From Octopus sinensis (lineage: Eukaryota): 64,000 bases of DNA. The notes under the pieces were generated by a model, which was not told the DNA's origin, searched no databases, and was given only the letters and a program-made list of their open reading frames with translations. Shown piece after piece: positions 25,002 through 39,728 of this stretch (position 1 is its first letter; each line of letters begins with the position of its first letter). The position numbers were made by a program, and so were the translations under genes. The DNA is taken from NCBI RefSeq assembly GCF_006345805.1, contig NC_042997.1, positions 29,388,001 through 29,452,000 of the forward strand, in the 5' to 3' direction.

Positions 25002-25839
25002 ACGCATATATTAATATATTATTTATTATTATATGATCGAACGCCACGCATCCTTTTTTAAGTTTTATATATATATATATATATATATATTGGAAATTGT
25101 GTCAGTCCTTGGTATTTGTTAGATGTATTTGAGAAAAGAAGATTGACTTCCTTTGTAGTTTTAACCAGTTTCATTTTTAAGAATTATTTTAATAATATAA
25201 ATTTTCCTCTTTACTTCACATATCTAGTAAGTACTTTGTTGACTTGGGTGGGGAGATTTGTTTAAAAAATTCCCTCGTAAGTTTTTCAGAGAGCTTTCTC
25301 GCATTCGTTTTCAAATAGATCGTAGCATATGGGGCCTTGTGATTTTACATATGGGATTTTGGGTATGTTTGAAGTGGGATTCGGTTTTATTAATCATTCC
25401 GAGAATGAAAGACTGCTGATGAATTATAGCTGAAAGAAAGTAGTAGATGATCAACACAAGATACTTGATTGAGGTGGAGTTAGGAGGTGGTGATGTGTTT
25501 AAAGGAACGTTTTATGAAACCAGTTGAATAGTTGACCTTTGGTCAGATATCTAATGGCCAGATATTTTTTCAAATTCTTTCTTTTAGCCATTTTTTTGCT
25601 TTAGGTGTGTGTCTGGGGTGGTGGTAAGACATTATCTTACACCTCATTAAAATAATGTCTTTTGATAATAAATGTTCGATGATAGAAGTGTTTTTATATA
25701 TATTGTGTTTTGGGAGGGAAGGTAAGGGCGATCAGGCTACCTCACATATTTACTTCCCTACATATAATAAGCAAAAAGTATATAGACACCTCTCTCCCTC
25801 TCCAATTCTGTATATATACATATATATATATATATGGTG

Positions 25840-25874
<35 letters not shown>

Positions 25875-26039
25875 ATACAAACATATACACACACACAAAC
25901 ATATATATATCTCCACTCACTCTTCCATTTCATCACACCCGATACCACAATCCCAACTCCTCCCCTGCACCCTCCTCCCTGATACACTCCCATATACCAT
26001 TCTCACCAAATACCCCCATGACTACAACCCCATAGATAC

Positions 26040-26450
26040 CTACCCCACCACCTCCTACATCCTCATTGTCCGCACCCTTCGCACTCCCCAAATCCAAATA
26101 CCTAACAACTCTGGCCGCCCCTTCGTCTCGCCTGCAACTGTTCTACGGAACTCATATCCAAATATATAGACCGTGTCCTCACCCCTCTAGTAGCTTCCTT
26201 CTCCTCTCACATCATGACACTGACCATGCTGTTCGTCTGTTCAACTCTTTCTGCTTCCCTCCTGGCCTCTCTAAACTTCTTTTCACTCTTGACATCAAGA
26301 GACTTTATACAGTGATCCCACACCACGAGGGGCTTCTTACCCTCAAACGCTACCTAGACCTTCGAACTAACCCCCAACCTGACACATCCACGCTTCTTCG
26401 TCTGGCCGAACTTGTTATCTCCCTTAACTGCTTCTCTTTCGCGGGTGACA
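26040..26450 (+). mobile_element. Penelope-like element RT fragment
   Basis: LPKIQIPNNSGRPFVS (like LPKIHKPNNPGRPIVS), then after a frameshift LFTLDIKRLYTVIPHHEGL...LLRLAELVISLNCFSF. Confidence 0.85.
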
Positions 26451-26651
26451 TATATATATATAAATTCACACATATCTATCCATACATATACATATATATA
26501 TATCAAGATTAATCAGCCGAAATTGCGAGGATGATCCGGTTCTTGACTGAAGATTGAAGGCTTCGAATGTCCCGTCCGTGTTTTGTTTTATCGTCTTCTA
26601 AATGTTTTGCGTTCTTGTCCCAGTTTGTATCTTTTTACATACACACACACG

Positions 26652-26685
<34 letters not shown>

Positions 26686-29600
26686 ATATTATTATATATA
26701 TATATATATATATACAAACCCATATTTACATATACACTCACACATGGGCAAATATATTCATATATACGAACACATGCAAATGCGCATCCATACATATGTA
26801 TATATACACATAGACACGCATATATACGTACATATGCATAGACACACGCATATACATATATAAACACACACACACCTGCTCGGATATACTCATACATACG
26901 CACACATATATATAAATTCGCATCCATACACATGCATTAATGTATGCACACACATACACACATGCACACATAGATATACACATATGCACACACACATACA
27001 TATATATAATTCTATATTCACACATATACATAAACATGCACATGTATATACACACATACACACCCACACACCTACACATAAATATACAGTCCAGCTAACA
27101 TTCCCTCATACCTCTGCCCTCGCTCCCACCAAAACTACAATCACCCATGTGATCGCTAAATGATGACGATGATGATAATGATGGTTACATGCCCAAATAT
27201 ATGGGCAAACATGAGGTAGAAATAATACACACGCGTGGGCATGTGTGTGTAGATAAATATTTACACATATATAACTACACACATGTATACATACATTAAC
27301 GTGTTTGCTTAATAGCCGAGTGGATTGGAGTTGTCCCACTGTGAAACATGAAAATTAGTAACTATTCTTTTCAATACACGGTATTCGAAGAATCTCTGTT
27401 AACATTAAATTTTGTTAAATAGAAACAATTCGATGTTCTGTACTGCCTCGGGACCAGAAGCAAAAGCAGTATGCATTGTCAGAAATATCCAGCCATTAAT
27501 TATTAACACTCGTGCACTATGCGTCAAATATGTCAAATTTCTTTCTATTTAGAATTCTCATGTTCTCTGTTTTCCCTTTGTCCGATACTTGATGTTATCT
27601 ACCCGCAATTATTTATCTTCTTTCCCTCGCAAATTCACTTTCCTTTCAATTTAAATTGTCTTCGTTCCATTTTGTCTGTAATTATGTTTCAGAAATATTT
27701 TGGCATCCTTCCTTCATGACATCAGAGATAGTTTTTGCTTTACTATTTGGTTTTGGTTATTCACGCCATATTCTCACAAGAGTCAAAAACACATGCGTCT
27801 GAAATGCTAACATTTGGAGAATAATTTCTTCATTCCACATATTGATACTATATATTAAAAAATTATTGAAAATGTTTCAGTTTGGATCTTCTTTGAATTT
27901 TACGTGTAATATATGTGAAATGAATATTTACTTTTAGGATCCTTATTTAAATTTTAGATTCACATTTCCTCTTTTCATACACACCACACATATGCACACA
28001 CATACGTGCGCACACGTGTACAGTCACAGTTACTCAAACACTTTCTCTCGCGCTCTCTCTTTCTCTCTCTCACACACGCGCACACTTATAATGTGCATCT
28101 GTTCAATTTGCGTTTCCTCAAAAGTTTCCTTTCGTCTAAAGTGTTTTCATATATTTTAAAGATATTTGTCTTCAGATATTCATTTGCATTGCATAGAGCA
28201 TCACTTCCGTTGCATATAACATTATTCTAGTTACAAGGTTCTACATACCATATCCGATGAAAGAGGATAAGTAGCAACATCCGAAACCTACGGATGTTGA
28301 GATATATATCCTTTAATGACATTCAGGAAAAGACTTCCACTTCTGTGACGATTTTCTTTAAATAATTTCAACGAATGCACTCGTTCTCGGCATACGTTAT
28401 ATTTATATTTTCATATTTAATTTTGGGCAGCTTTATCACACATCCTTACATCTCCTTACCAGTAATATTTATTTCTAATTTTCACTCAAGAACGCCAATT
28501 TCATTGAAATTGGATAAGTCGATTGCATCGACTCAGGTACTTATTCTACCAACCCCGAAAAATGAAAGTCAAATTAGGTCTTGGTGGAATTTGAACTCAG
28601 AACGTGGAGACGGTCAACATGCTGCTTAAGCATTTCGCTTAGCATGTTAACGATTCTGTCGGCTTACCACCTTCTGTTTAGCATAATATTGAGATATTGA
28701 AAGAAATATCTCTGCGAATCTCAGACTTTCAGCTAAGGAAAATTTCATTTTAAAATTGATATGATGCACTACAGGACATTTGTAACGCTTCCTTCAACAG
28801 CTCTGCGCATCTGGATGTTTGTAAGTGTAAATATGAGAGTGAAGCCATAATTAACCAGTGCAGCTGTATATAAAATCAAACTCTTTTACATGCGTTGTTC
28901 ATTAGCTGTATACCACAAAATATTTGCTAAGGAACCGATGTCTACAATTAGACATTTAAATAAACCACATGAGCCAAGCAGCGTAGCTGTCATTTACATG
29001 GCGGTGATATTGAACAAGAAATTGCTAGTGTGTTAACAGCGTTTTGATTCGTGGCTGATGCAAGACTACTATTGTTAAAATTATAGTGACTTTTTATAAG
29101 GTTTATAGATTGGTGCTAATTATCTTTAAGAATTGCTTGTGCGTGGCCGACAGAACTTAATTTTTAGCTAAAAGCATGTATGTATGTGTGTGTGAATGTC
29201 TGTCTGTGTGTGTTTGTGTTTTGAATTATATGTGTATAAATAGTCATGTACACACGAATAGTTTCACTGTGGCCTCGAAGTTTCAGTCAGCTAAATAATC
29301 TGTTAACAATTTGGTTGGAGACTGAGCAACTTTTAGATAGGTTCTACAGTTCTAATTTTCTAAAAGTTTACCCCTTTTGAATAAAGGAATATGTTAATTA
29401 CGTTAAACTTGGTTTTATAGAACTTCTTTTGAAATATTTTTTTTCTGTGGTTTGTAGAGTGCAGTTGAATGTTATGTATGTTGTTGGAAAGGTGTGCGGA
29501 GGATTTTTAAAATTACATTTGGAGTTATATTGCTGTTCAAAAATTATTCACAGGTATAGAATTTTGTAAACATGTGTGTATTTCCGAGTTGTCAGCATCA

Positions 29601-30697
29601 GGACATATAATTTTGCGGCTCAAAAAAGGATATAGATACGTAGAATTCTTTGTTTGATCAGTGGATGTGTCACAACCTGTAGTGACTTGTAGTTTTATGG
29701 CACTTAATTCTCTGCTTTGACAATGTAAGTGTTAAAACATAAACTTTAATTCAGTACTTGATAACTTAAGAATTTAGTATATTAGATTTTTGTAATGGAA
29801 TGTTTAATGGTTCACATAATAATATAAGTAGATGGTATGCATTAGCTGGTCTGTAACGTTTACCTTTTGTGAATGAGATTTAGATAATTTTCTATTTGTA
29901 TTTGGAAGTTAGAGTTATTATTTGAGCATGTCATGGTATTGTTAGTATAGAAAACTGTTTATCTTGAGCTTTGATAGCCACAAAAGGATGTGAGTAAGTG
30001 TAAATATTTATGGTCAGTATATTTCCCTATAAGAATTCTTTGTTCTATAAGCAATTTCATTACTGTAATATAATATTTTTTCCTTTCGAATTCACGGATG
30101 CAGAGTTTGCAGGCTTTGTGCATATAAATACTTGTTTACTTCTGTTTCCAATTATAACATAATATATAATTTTTATACCTATGGATATGCGAAAATAGAG
30201 GTTATAAGATGTGTGTATATATGCATGCATTAAAATAGGAATACAAATAAAATTTGATTTAAATTATATAAAAACTTTAAAATTCAATATAATTTTATTT
30301 AATGGAAGTTAACAAAGAAATTGACGATCTAACATGCTTGCATAGTTATATATATTTATGTAAATGTATGTAAGTTGGAGCAATTCTGTTAGAAAATAAT
30401 CTGTTAACAATTTGGTTGGAGATTGTGCAACTTTTAGAACGTTCTACAGTTCTTTTTTTTTTGAGGCTGTAAAATAATTTTCATGCATATTATGAGGATA
30501 ATTTTCGGTGACGGTAGAAGCAGAGAAGAAAGGTGGTGAAATACATACAAGTTTAGCCCTTTGGAATAAAGTTATTGGTTTTAAATATTTGTGTTTTTAA
30601 GATCTTGGGCAGGCATGAAGAGACAAATTTAGAGTTTCAGTTCCGAGTTTGATTCTTGAATGTGAATATTTGAAGATAATGAAGAAAGTCTCCGATA

Positions 30698-32024
30698 CGC
30701 GAGGGTACCCAAAAGAAACCGGAATTCTGCAATATTTTATTCACTTAGTTTTATATGTTTTTACATTTACCGCCTTCAAAGTATTCTCCATTTGAATCAA
30801 TGCATCGATCCAGAACTGTTTTTCACTCTTGGAAGTAATCCTGGAACACTTGGGAAGTAATGCTTTTCAACGCCTCCGTCGTCTTCTTCTTCACCTCTTC
30901 TACATTTGCAAACATTTTCATTTCAAGAAATTATTCTTTTGGGGAATCAAAAAACAAAAACGTCGCAGAGAGCAAGATCCGGTGTATAGGCTGGGTGGGT
31001 AAGCGGGGTCATGCCGTTTGGGACCAAACACTGTCTCAAACTCAAGCCGATGTGCACAGGTGGGTTGTCACGATAAAATCACCACTCTCCACTTGGCCAT
31101 AGGTCGTGACGTTTTCGTCTCACCATGTCTCGCTAACGCTTCAGAACTGCCATGTAAAAAATGTATATATTTTTTTTATTGGTCAATAGTTTTGACCAGG
31201 AGGAACACATTCTGTGTGAACAATTCTTTTCGCATCGATAAAACAACCCAGCATCGTTTTGACATTGGACTTTACTTGTCGCGCTTTTGGCGGGTAACGT
31301 GCCATTGAATGTTTCCATTGACTTCATTGCTGATTCGTTTCTAGGGAGTAGCCGTAGCACCAGCGTTCGACACTTATGTAGACCTTCGAAAAAGAGTCCG
31401 GATCATCTTCCATCTGTTCTTTCAGTTCACAACACGCATCCAGTCGTGACTACTTTTGATCTTCCGTGAGCAAGCACAAATTTTACTGAAACTCTATTAA
31501 TTGACTATTCGTTGCTCAAAATTCGTTGGCAGGATCTCCAGAGCACACCCGTCATATCAACAATTTCGTCAGCTGCTCGGCGACGGCCTTCCAAGATCAG
31601 TTCATTAATGTGCATAAATTTTTCATTCGTTTGAGAGGTTGACAATTTCCCTAAACAAAATGTGATGTCAAGTAACAAGTGATCATTCCTAAGCGCGAAA
31701 ACCACTGGTAAAATTGTGTTTTGTTCATAGCAGAGTCCTTGCAAGCTCTTTCAAGAATGTCAACTGTTTCTGTCGCCGTTCTCCCCAGCAGAAATCAGAA
31801 TTTCACGGAACTACGCTGTTCCTTCGTTTCAGATAACGCAAAAATCCACAAAATGGAGTGAAGCACTGCAAAACATACTTTGTTTCACAACCAACATTAC
31901 GAAGACGCCAGTCGGCGGACTGATGCGGGAGAATCCCATCTAGTGGTTTCCAGCGGTGGAAGCCAAAACTACAACAGACTTGCCCAACAGAGGACGTTTC
32001 CGGTTAATTTTGAGAACCCTCATG
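30698..32024 (-). mobile_element. Full-length-sized (1.33 kb) decayed mariner transposon
   Basis: TIRs CGCGAGGGTACCCAAAAGAAACCGGAA and TTCCGGTTAATTTTGAGAACCCTCATG, each with flanking TA. Minus-strand remnants: LILEGRRR...EIVDMTG, PAKSATSKVQCQ, and HPAYTPDLALCD (like HPPYSPDLAPCD). Confidence 0.9.
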
Positions 32025-32387
32025 TAACTTACTGATCTTTTAATACTTGCTTTGGCGTTGCGCGAATGTTTACTTATATACTGAATTTTCTCGGTATGTT
32101 TTATGTTTATAAATACTGGATTCTAAGGTGAGGGTGTATGTCTGTGTTTGTGCGTATGTGTGTGTGTGTGTGTGTGCGTGTGTGTGAGTGTGGCTATTCA
32201 TGTATGTATCTATATATGTATCTATATGCATATATATATATATATATAATATATATATATATGCTTATAAATACATATGCATATAAATACATATATAGAT
32301 AAATACATGCATACGCACACACATATACCCTCAACTTAGAATCCTATATTAATAAACATAAACATAGCGATAAAATGTGTATATCTT

Positions 32388-32580
32388 CATGCAGAATACT
32401 GAATGTGTTGTCAGCATATTTTCTGGTCCACTATACGAAACTAACAAGAAATTATGACATAATAAAAAAGCAAAAGAGACTACGTGACAAAACAGAAGTA
32501 TGTATACACACACACACACACTCATATATATACATATATGTATATGTAGATATATATGTATATATATATTATATATATAT

Positions 32581-32634
<54 letters not shown>

Positions 32635-32928
32635 GGTGTGTGTGTGTGTGTGTATATTTATGAATATATATATAAACGTAGAGGAGCGCGAACGCGTGGT
32701 TCGTGTTAAAGACATTTAATACCAGCTTTGATCAGTTCCATATTAACCGAAAATACGTGACCATAGGCGTCCGCTGTATCAGCTGTTAGTGGTAGAGATA
32801 ACTATTGAACGCTTGTACACGACTGCTTCACCACGTAGTCTCTTTTGCTTTTTAATTTTGCCATATTTTCTTGTTAGTTTCGTATAGTGGACCAGAAAAT
32901 ATGCTGGCAACACATTCGGCATTCTGCA
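32388..32928. mobile_element. MITE with ~100-bp terminal inverted repeats
   Basis: 32388-32485 is the reverse complement of about 32830-32928. Both arms translate as AYFLVHYTKLTR...KKQKRLR in the ORF track. Confidence 0.8.
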
Positions 32929-33631
32929 TAACGATATATTTAGCGACATCAGTTTATACATTGGGTATTGCGTATGTAGTTGTGTTGACTAGGTACTGGT
33001 GTCAATTAGTTAATTACTTATCATTCTGTTCTGCGTTGTATTTTAGTGATAACTGTAATTGAGTGTAATCAGTGCAAGCCGACGTCCAGGTGACAATTTA
33101 TATGTAAGTTCGCATGACCGACAAGAATAGGCTCATATGTCAAAAGGAAATACTGATATTAAATCATATCATGTTGTCTGGATCAGCTCAGCCGAATGAA
33201 ATATATCACTTTATCGGTCACCAAAGGTTTGATGTTCGCTAACAACATTTGCTGTCAAACGTGAAATATATAAGTTTCCTGCTGATAGATAATGCGACCA
33301 GTTGAATTAAGTGCAGATTCTCACGGGGGAAAATATATAAGTAGAGCCTTGTTAAGGATGTTCCTTGTGGAGATGGGGGGGGTGTCCCGGAATTTCTTCA
33401 TAGCTTACCACACCCTTCTACAGGCAGTGCCTAAAGTATGTCACTGAATATTTCACAGAATGCCGACCAACTGAGACTAACTATCTTTCTGTTTCTCACG
33501 TTGACCGAACAATAAAATAGGTGTCCAACGGAGGCGTAAACACCCGAAGATATCTTCATATATATTGTCTCTGTTCTGTCTTTCTAACATATAAGGATGA
33601 TAATGATATGTCGTACTTATTATACATGTGT

Positions 33632-33995
33632 GGAGGCGCAATGGCCCAGTGGTTAGGGCAGCGGACTCGCGGTCGTAGGATCGCGGTTTCGATTCCCAGA
33701 CCGGACGTTGTGAGTGTTTATTGAGCGAAAACACCTAAAGCTCCACGAGGTTCCGGCAGGGGGGGATCCCTGCTGTACTCTTTCACCACAACTTTCTCTC
33801 ACTCTTACTTCCTGTTTCTGTTGTACCTGTATTTCAAAGGGCCGGCCTTGTCACTCTCTGTGTCACGCTGAATATCCCCGTTAAGGGTACACGTGTCTGT
33901 GGAGTGCTCAGCCACTTATAATTTAATTTTACGAGCAGGCTGTTCCGTTGATCGGATCAACCGGAACCCTCGTCGTCGTAACCGACGGAGTGCTT
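33632..33995 (+). mobile_element. tRNA-derived SINE with family C head and family D tail
   Basis: The first ~140 bp match 14506. The 3' part (tttcaaagggccggccttgtcactctctgtgtcacgctg...ccctcgtcgtcgtaacc) matches the reverse complement of 16327-16510. Confidence 0.85.
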
Positions 33996-34166
33996 CCATA
34001 TCCCCACATGTAACGTAAGGCGGCGGTCACTGTAATTGTTATACCAAATAGTTATGTGTGTGTGCGTGAGCCTGCATGCATTTGCGTGCATATATTGATC
34101 AGAATAAATTACGCCTGTTATACGTAAGAATTTTTATTACTTCATATATATATATATATATATATA

Positions 34167-34293
<127 letters not shown>

Positions 34294-34749
34294 TGTCTGT
34301 GTGTGTATGTGTGTGTGTGCGGTGTGCATGTTCCCCATGAATTTACATATAAAGTATCTATATACATTTCAATTTGGACGAGAAATCATGATCACATCAT
34401 TTGATATTTCAGTTTTTATGTACCAAAACCTGTGAGTAAATTTTAAGTATCCACTTTTAGATATATAAAAATTAACATAAATGATGTTTCTCTGTAGCAT
34501 CTAATATCATATATTGCATTTTAATTATTGCAGTACATTTCATGGCAAAATTGATGCACTTCGTTTCATGTGTGATATTTAAAGGAAACCATCTTTCGTA
34601 ACATATTTAACGTATTTCGAGGCGTTATTACCTTACGCAATACAGTCAGTGTTCGATGAAGGAATACATCTTTAAATCCGTTGAGAATTATCTTAAGTAT
34701 ATTATTATAATATATTATGTAATGATAGGAATGGAATTTGTCCACTCTA

Positions 34750-35160
34750 TAGGAACAAATCATGGAACACTATAGAAAGGACAAAAAAGAAAATAGGGAA
34801 GGCCAAATCTTGGTGTGATAGCCATAAATACCAGAGTGTCATGTTCGTTGACACCACCCCTGGAGGTGAACTGGCGTACCGCTTTAGAAGGACCCTAGAC
34901 AAACTTAAGCTAAGAATTAAGGTTGTTGAAAAGCCAGGCAACCCTATCAAATCTATAATTGGTAGAACCTATCCTTTTAGTAGAACCCCCTGTACGGATA
35001 AGTACTGTACTGTATGTAGATTTAGCCCACAAACAAACTGTAAAGCCAGAAATGTAGTCTATAGTATAAGATGTATAGAGGGATGATGCAGTAACAAGAC
35101 AATGACATACGTAGGGGAAACGGCAAGAAGCATAGGAGAGCGGGTAAATGAACATGGAGC
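34750..35160 (+). mobile_element. Penelope-like element fragment: thumb, Cys linker and GIY-YIG start (possibly Naiad-type)
   Basis: VMFVDTTPGGEL...IKVVEKPG...PCTDKYCTVC...NVVYSIRCIEG*CSNKTMTYVGETARSIGERVNEH, with an in-frame TGA at 35084-35086. Confidence 0.8.
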
Positions 35161-35616
35161 ACTAGCACACACCACAACATATGATGATACAGGATCCCGA
35201 AAACATAATAAATACACAGATAAATAAACAAATAGAAATAGATAACTATATTCATATATATATATATATTTCTTTTTTTTTCGATTCGATTTATTATTAT
35301 TATTACTAGTATTGTTGTTATACATACATACATACATACATACATACAAGCATATGTAATGATAATAATAAGTGGATGTAAACACATGAACAAAATAAGA
35401 ATAAACAAAAACAACAACAACAAAACAAAATGCAAATTACATGAACGTATAAAAACAGAAGATACAAATATTACAGACATCCCCCCACATACACACTAAA
35501 TAAACATAGACGCACATAGAGATATAAGCATGCGCAAATGAAGACATACAATGGAAATACAAAATGGCTGACGGCTAGTAAGGAGAGACACAAATAAGAA
35601 AGAAGAAAACAAAGGA

Positions 35617-35656
35617 CCACTGATGCGGTCACAGGAGTGTGACGAAAGAACACTGG
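35617..35656 (+). ncRNA. Degenerate hammerhead-like motif downstream of the PLE fragment
   Basis: CCA-CTGATGC-G-GTCAC-AGGAGT-GTGAC-GAAA-GAACAC-TGG. Core A9 and stem III are mutated. Confidence 0.35.
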
Positions 35657-35940
35657 CCGAAATAAGATTAAGATTAATGTAAAAAATAAATAACACTGAA
35701 GCAAAATAACACCAAATATATAGTGCGTGTGTTTTTATTGGCTAAACTGGCAAAATGACCATTCCGAAATATATACAATATTATTATTTTTATTTTTCAT
35801 ATATGCGCCTGTTATTATTGAAGTAATATAATTATATTGAAGTAAGGTAAATCATTGCATTACGAAAGCATTTATTAACGTAATCCAGATAACATTGCAT
35901 TGAATAATCGTTAAAATTCCTCTACACTCAGGTCTATATG

Positions 35941-35996
<56 letters not shown>

Positions 35997-36921
35997 TTTG
36001 ATTGTGTATGTATGGTTGTGTGTGTGTGTTTGTTTGTGTGCGTATGTAAATGCATATATAAATGTTATATATGTGTAAATGTATATATATATATATATAG
36101 TGCGGACAGTGTTGGAATTTCTCATAGAATTTATCTCATCGCTTCATTCGCACTTCAGTTCACACCGAAGAGATTTACTGTCACTAACGAGTATTGTCAG
36201 TACCAAACTTGTTTATATTACAGCAAAGCGTGCGGACATATTGACGCCAAACTGTATGCGCCCAGAGACGCCAGTTTTCCTTTACAGAATATCGATTGTA
36301 TGGGTTGGGCCGACATGCAGTAATAAGGTATTGTCATGCTTCGAGAAAGAAATAAATAAAACATGCTAGGCATTGTAATGCATTTGCATATATGCGTCCA
36401 ACAAAATATAGTTCAATGTATGTATCTGTGTTTTTGTCATATGCAGAGTTGTCGGTGTGTCTTTGGGAGCCTGATCTATTGTTCCGATGGTGTAATCTGA
36501 ATATACTTGACATAATATTCGTTTTACAATATATTATTCAACATTTCCATGGCTTCGGATGCATATGAAATTAATTTTTTTTGTCCTGATAGCCCCGTTT
36601 TCTAATTTCCTTCAGTCTGGCAAATTTATCAGCAAATATTAACTTCAACATCCTTTTGGCATCGCATTTTGAGATTATTCTTTCATTTCTCTGGTTGAGT
36701 GAGTGTGTATGCCCGTGTGGGCGTATGCAGAAACACACACATACACGTGAGCATAAACATATATATATATATATATATATATATGTTTCATAGCGAGCAG
36801 AATCTCAGAAGTGGTAAAAAAACAAGCTAGCTGTATACCGCCGGCTACCATTCAAGCCAAGATTATCATGATAAAATTAAATATTACATCGTGTCAAGGA
36901 GGTACATGTTGACGCATGGAG

Positions 36922-36934
36922 GATAGCTATCTAT

Positions 36935-37019
<85 letters not shown>

Positions 37020-37039
37020 CATCTATCTATCTATCTATA

Positions 37040-37091
<52 letters not shown>

Positions 37092-37135
37092 CATCTATCT
37101 ATCTATCTATATATCTATCTATCTATCTATCTATA
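36922..37135. repeat. (CTAT)n tetranucleotide microsatellite
   Basis: Read directly from the sequence. Confidence 0.95.
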
Positions 37136-37197
37136 CATACATACATACATATACATAACATATATATATATATGATATGTGTATATATATAATATAT

Positions 37198-37228
<31 letters not shown>

Positions 37229-39387
37229 GGGGAACGTAAGAAGAAAAAGGCGAAAATGCACATTGAATATCAAAGAATAAGGGCTTTTTATGAAAATTTC
37301 CAATAAATAAACACAATTAGATGAACTGATGAAGAATTTAGAGGAATTAAATTCATTATGCTATAAATTGGTGTGCTAGGTACATTAATTCTAATTTCCT
37401 AAATTTTCCCTTCTATCAATGTTCTCAGAACACCTCAGTACAGCAAAGAATGAATAAAAAGCAACTTATATCAATAAATATAATCCACAACTTAACATGA
37501 ACAGAACATAATACAGAACACTGCTAACATTACCAATAATGCCACTAACACCCATACATTCCTTATACCATTCATATTACAGTATTATATCGACCCTAAT
37601 GGCACCTCTTCCAGAACTATTTACCTCCCTTACACAATATTTTTACTGAGATACTAGTAGACCCTACACCGTTTGATAATCGGTGCGCATTCAAAGCCAG
37701 TGAACAGCAATGACGATACCGGTTTGACTATGAATCTCTTTAACAATTCAAAATAATGAATTTAATTCCTATTAATTCTACCTCAGTACATCTAATTGTA
37801 TTCACCTATCGCTACTTTTCATAAAAAAGCCTTTATTTTTTTATATTCAATGTGCATATTTAATGTGCATTTTTTTCTTCTTACTTTCCTCGTATTTTTT
37901 CCATGTGTAGTTTCCATTTTCGTTTTTGAAACATATTTCTATAATATATATATATTAAACACACACACGCTCACGCAGATTTGTAGATCACTTATTCCCC
38001 TATAGAACTGTTTATGATGTAGTAGTAATATTTACCAAAACTACATTATATTCTTAGTTAGTATTTGAGGTTAGTATAGAGTTCGATGCCAAACAGTGAC
38101 ATATATATTTTTTTTATCCATACGAAACAGTGTTTTTTTATCCATGGTGAGAGTCGAAGTATTATTTCTTTCTTGGAGTTTCCAGAAAAACGACATAAAG
38201 GTTAATGATATATTATTAGATATTACATTATGAAAAGTGTGGTTGTTTGTGTTATTCGGGTGAGTTCTATGTATATTAATTTTTAGAATGCTGGAAAAGG
38301 CTACTTTCTCTACTACTATGGTGTAGATGAGTAAGACATTTTCATTGCACTTCTATTCAAGAATTTTCAAAACCGACTGTGTGGAGAAGTACTGATAAGA
38401 GTGGGACGAGCAAGTTCTATACATGGGAGCCTTAACATCAGAAATATGAGGTTGCACCATGCTATCCGATGTCGGAGGTATATTTTCGCAGTGTCTCATT
38501 TTGTAACAGTGATTTTTCTTGAAAATTGTTTATTGTCTGAGAGATGGGTTATACGCTCTAATATATTAACGACTTTATGGTTTATCGAGTGCGGGCTGTT
38601 GGAGACTTTATGAATATATTCAAATTCCATTTCGGATGGACAGTGGTAGTATCAGCGAGTGAATGCATATTCACACATATACAGAAGTGACAACAAACAC
38701 ATCGAACATCATGTATTCTGGGTGAGCAAATTCCTTTTTTTTTTAGTTTTGTCTATTTTCTTTTTTTATTATTCATTCGTGTAATGCTACGTCTCATTTC
38801 TTAATCCAAAGAGGCTAAAAACAATCACACATTACCACACATACATCCGATATCACTGAACATGCCCATATTATATATCATGTTCATAAAATTAGGCACC
38901 CTCTTAGTAGAATGAAATATCTCAGAAATATCACTCTTTTGCGCACATTCACATTTACGCTCACACGCATATGGGCATATTCACGCCCCCCCCCCCCACA
39001 CACACAAAGACATACAAAGAATATTCAAAATTTGAAGAAACAAATATACAACGTCTAAAGATAGCCTGATCTTCTACATAAGCGCAGAGAAGCCATTTCT
39101 CATGTCTAGTCGCTGTAATAGTTGGACCTACAAAACAGGATGACTTTCGCATAGGTACATATGACGATGTTCTCTCCACTGGCTGTCAATCTCTCTGTGT
39201 CTCTCTCTTTTTCTCACTGGCTGTCTTTTTGTGCGTGTCTCTCTCTCTCTCACAAACTCTTTCTCTCTCACACACACACTCTCTCTCTCTCTCTCTATTA
39301 TTTTCTATCTGTCTTCATTTGCTCCTTTGCTGTCTAGTTTCACTGGATTCAATATGGTATGTACTAACATTCATATTCTTTCTCTCG

Positions 39388-39466
<79 letters not shown>

Positions 39467-39728
39467 ATATATATATACTAATAAAAGGGTTCAGCAAAGA
39501 TTTGCTTCACCACACACCGAAGTTTAGAAATAGCAGCCAAAAATCTTAGCTATTTCTTCTACTTTAAAAAGGGTCTTCCAGAGAAACCAAAATACTTGAA
39601 GGTTATTCACACAGGCAGAGAGTAAAGCAACGAAAATCAATCAATATCTGGTCGTCCATGGACGCGCGTTTCTGAATTAGGTTTTTCATAAAGAATATAA
39701 AATATAAAAAAATATATATGTATATATG

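Noticed and set aside
29290-30460. ~65-bp direct repeat (about 29293 and 30393) as LTR ends
   Set aside because: Too short and degenerate, with no TG...CA ends, PBS/PPT or recognisable internal coding remnant.
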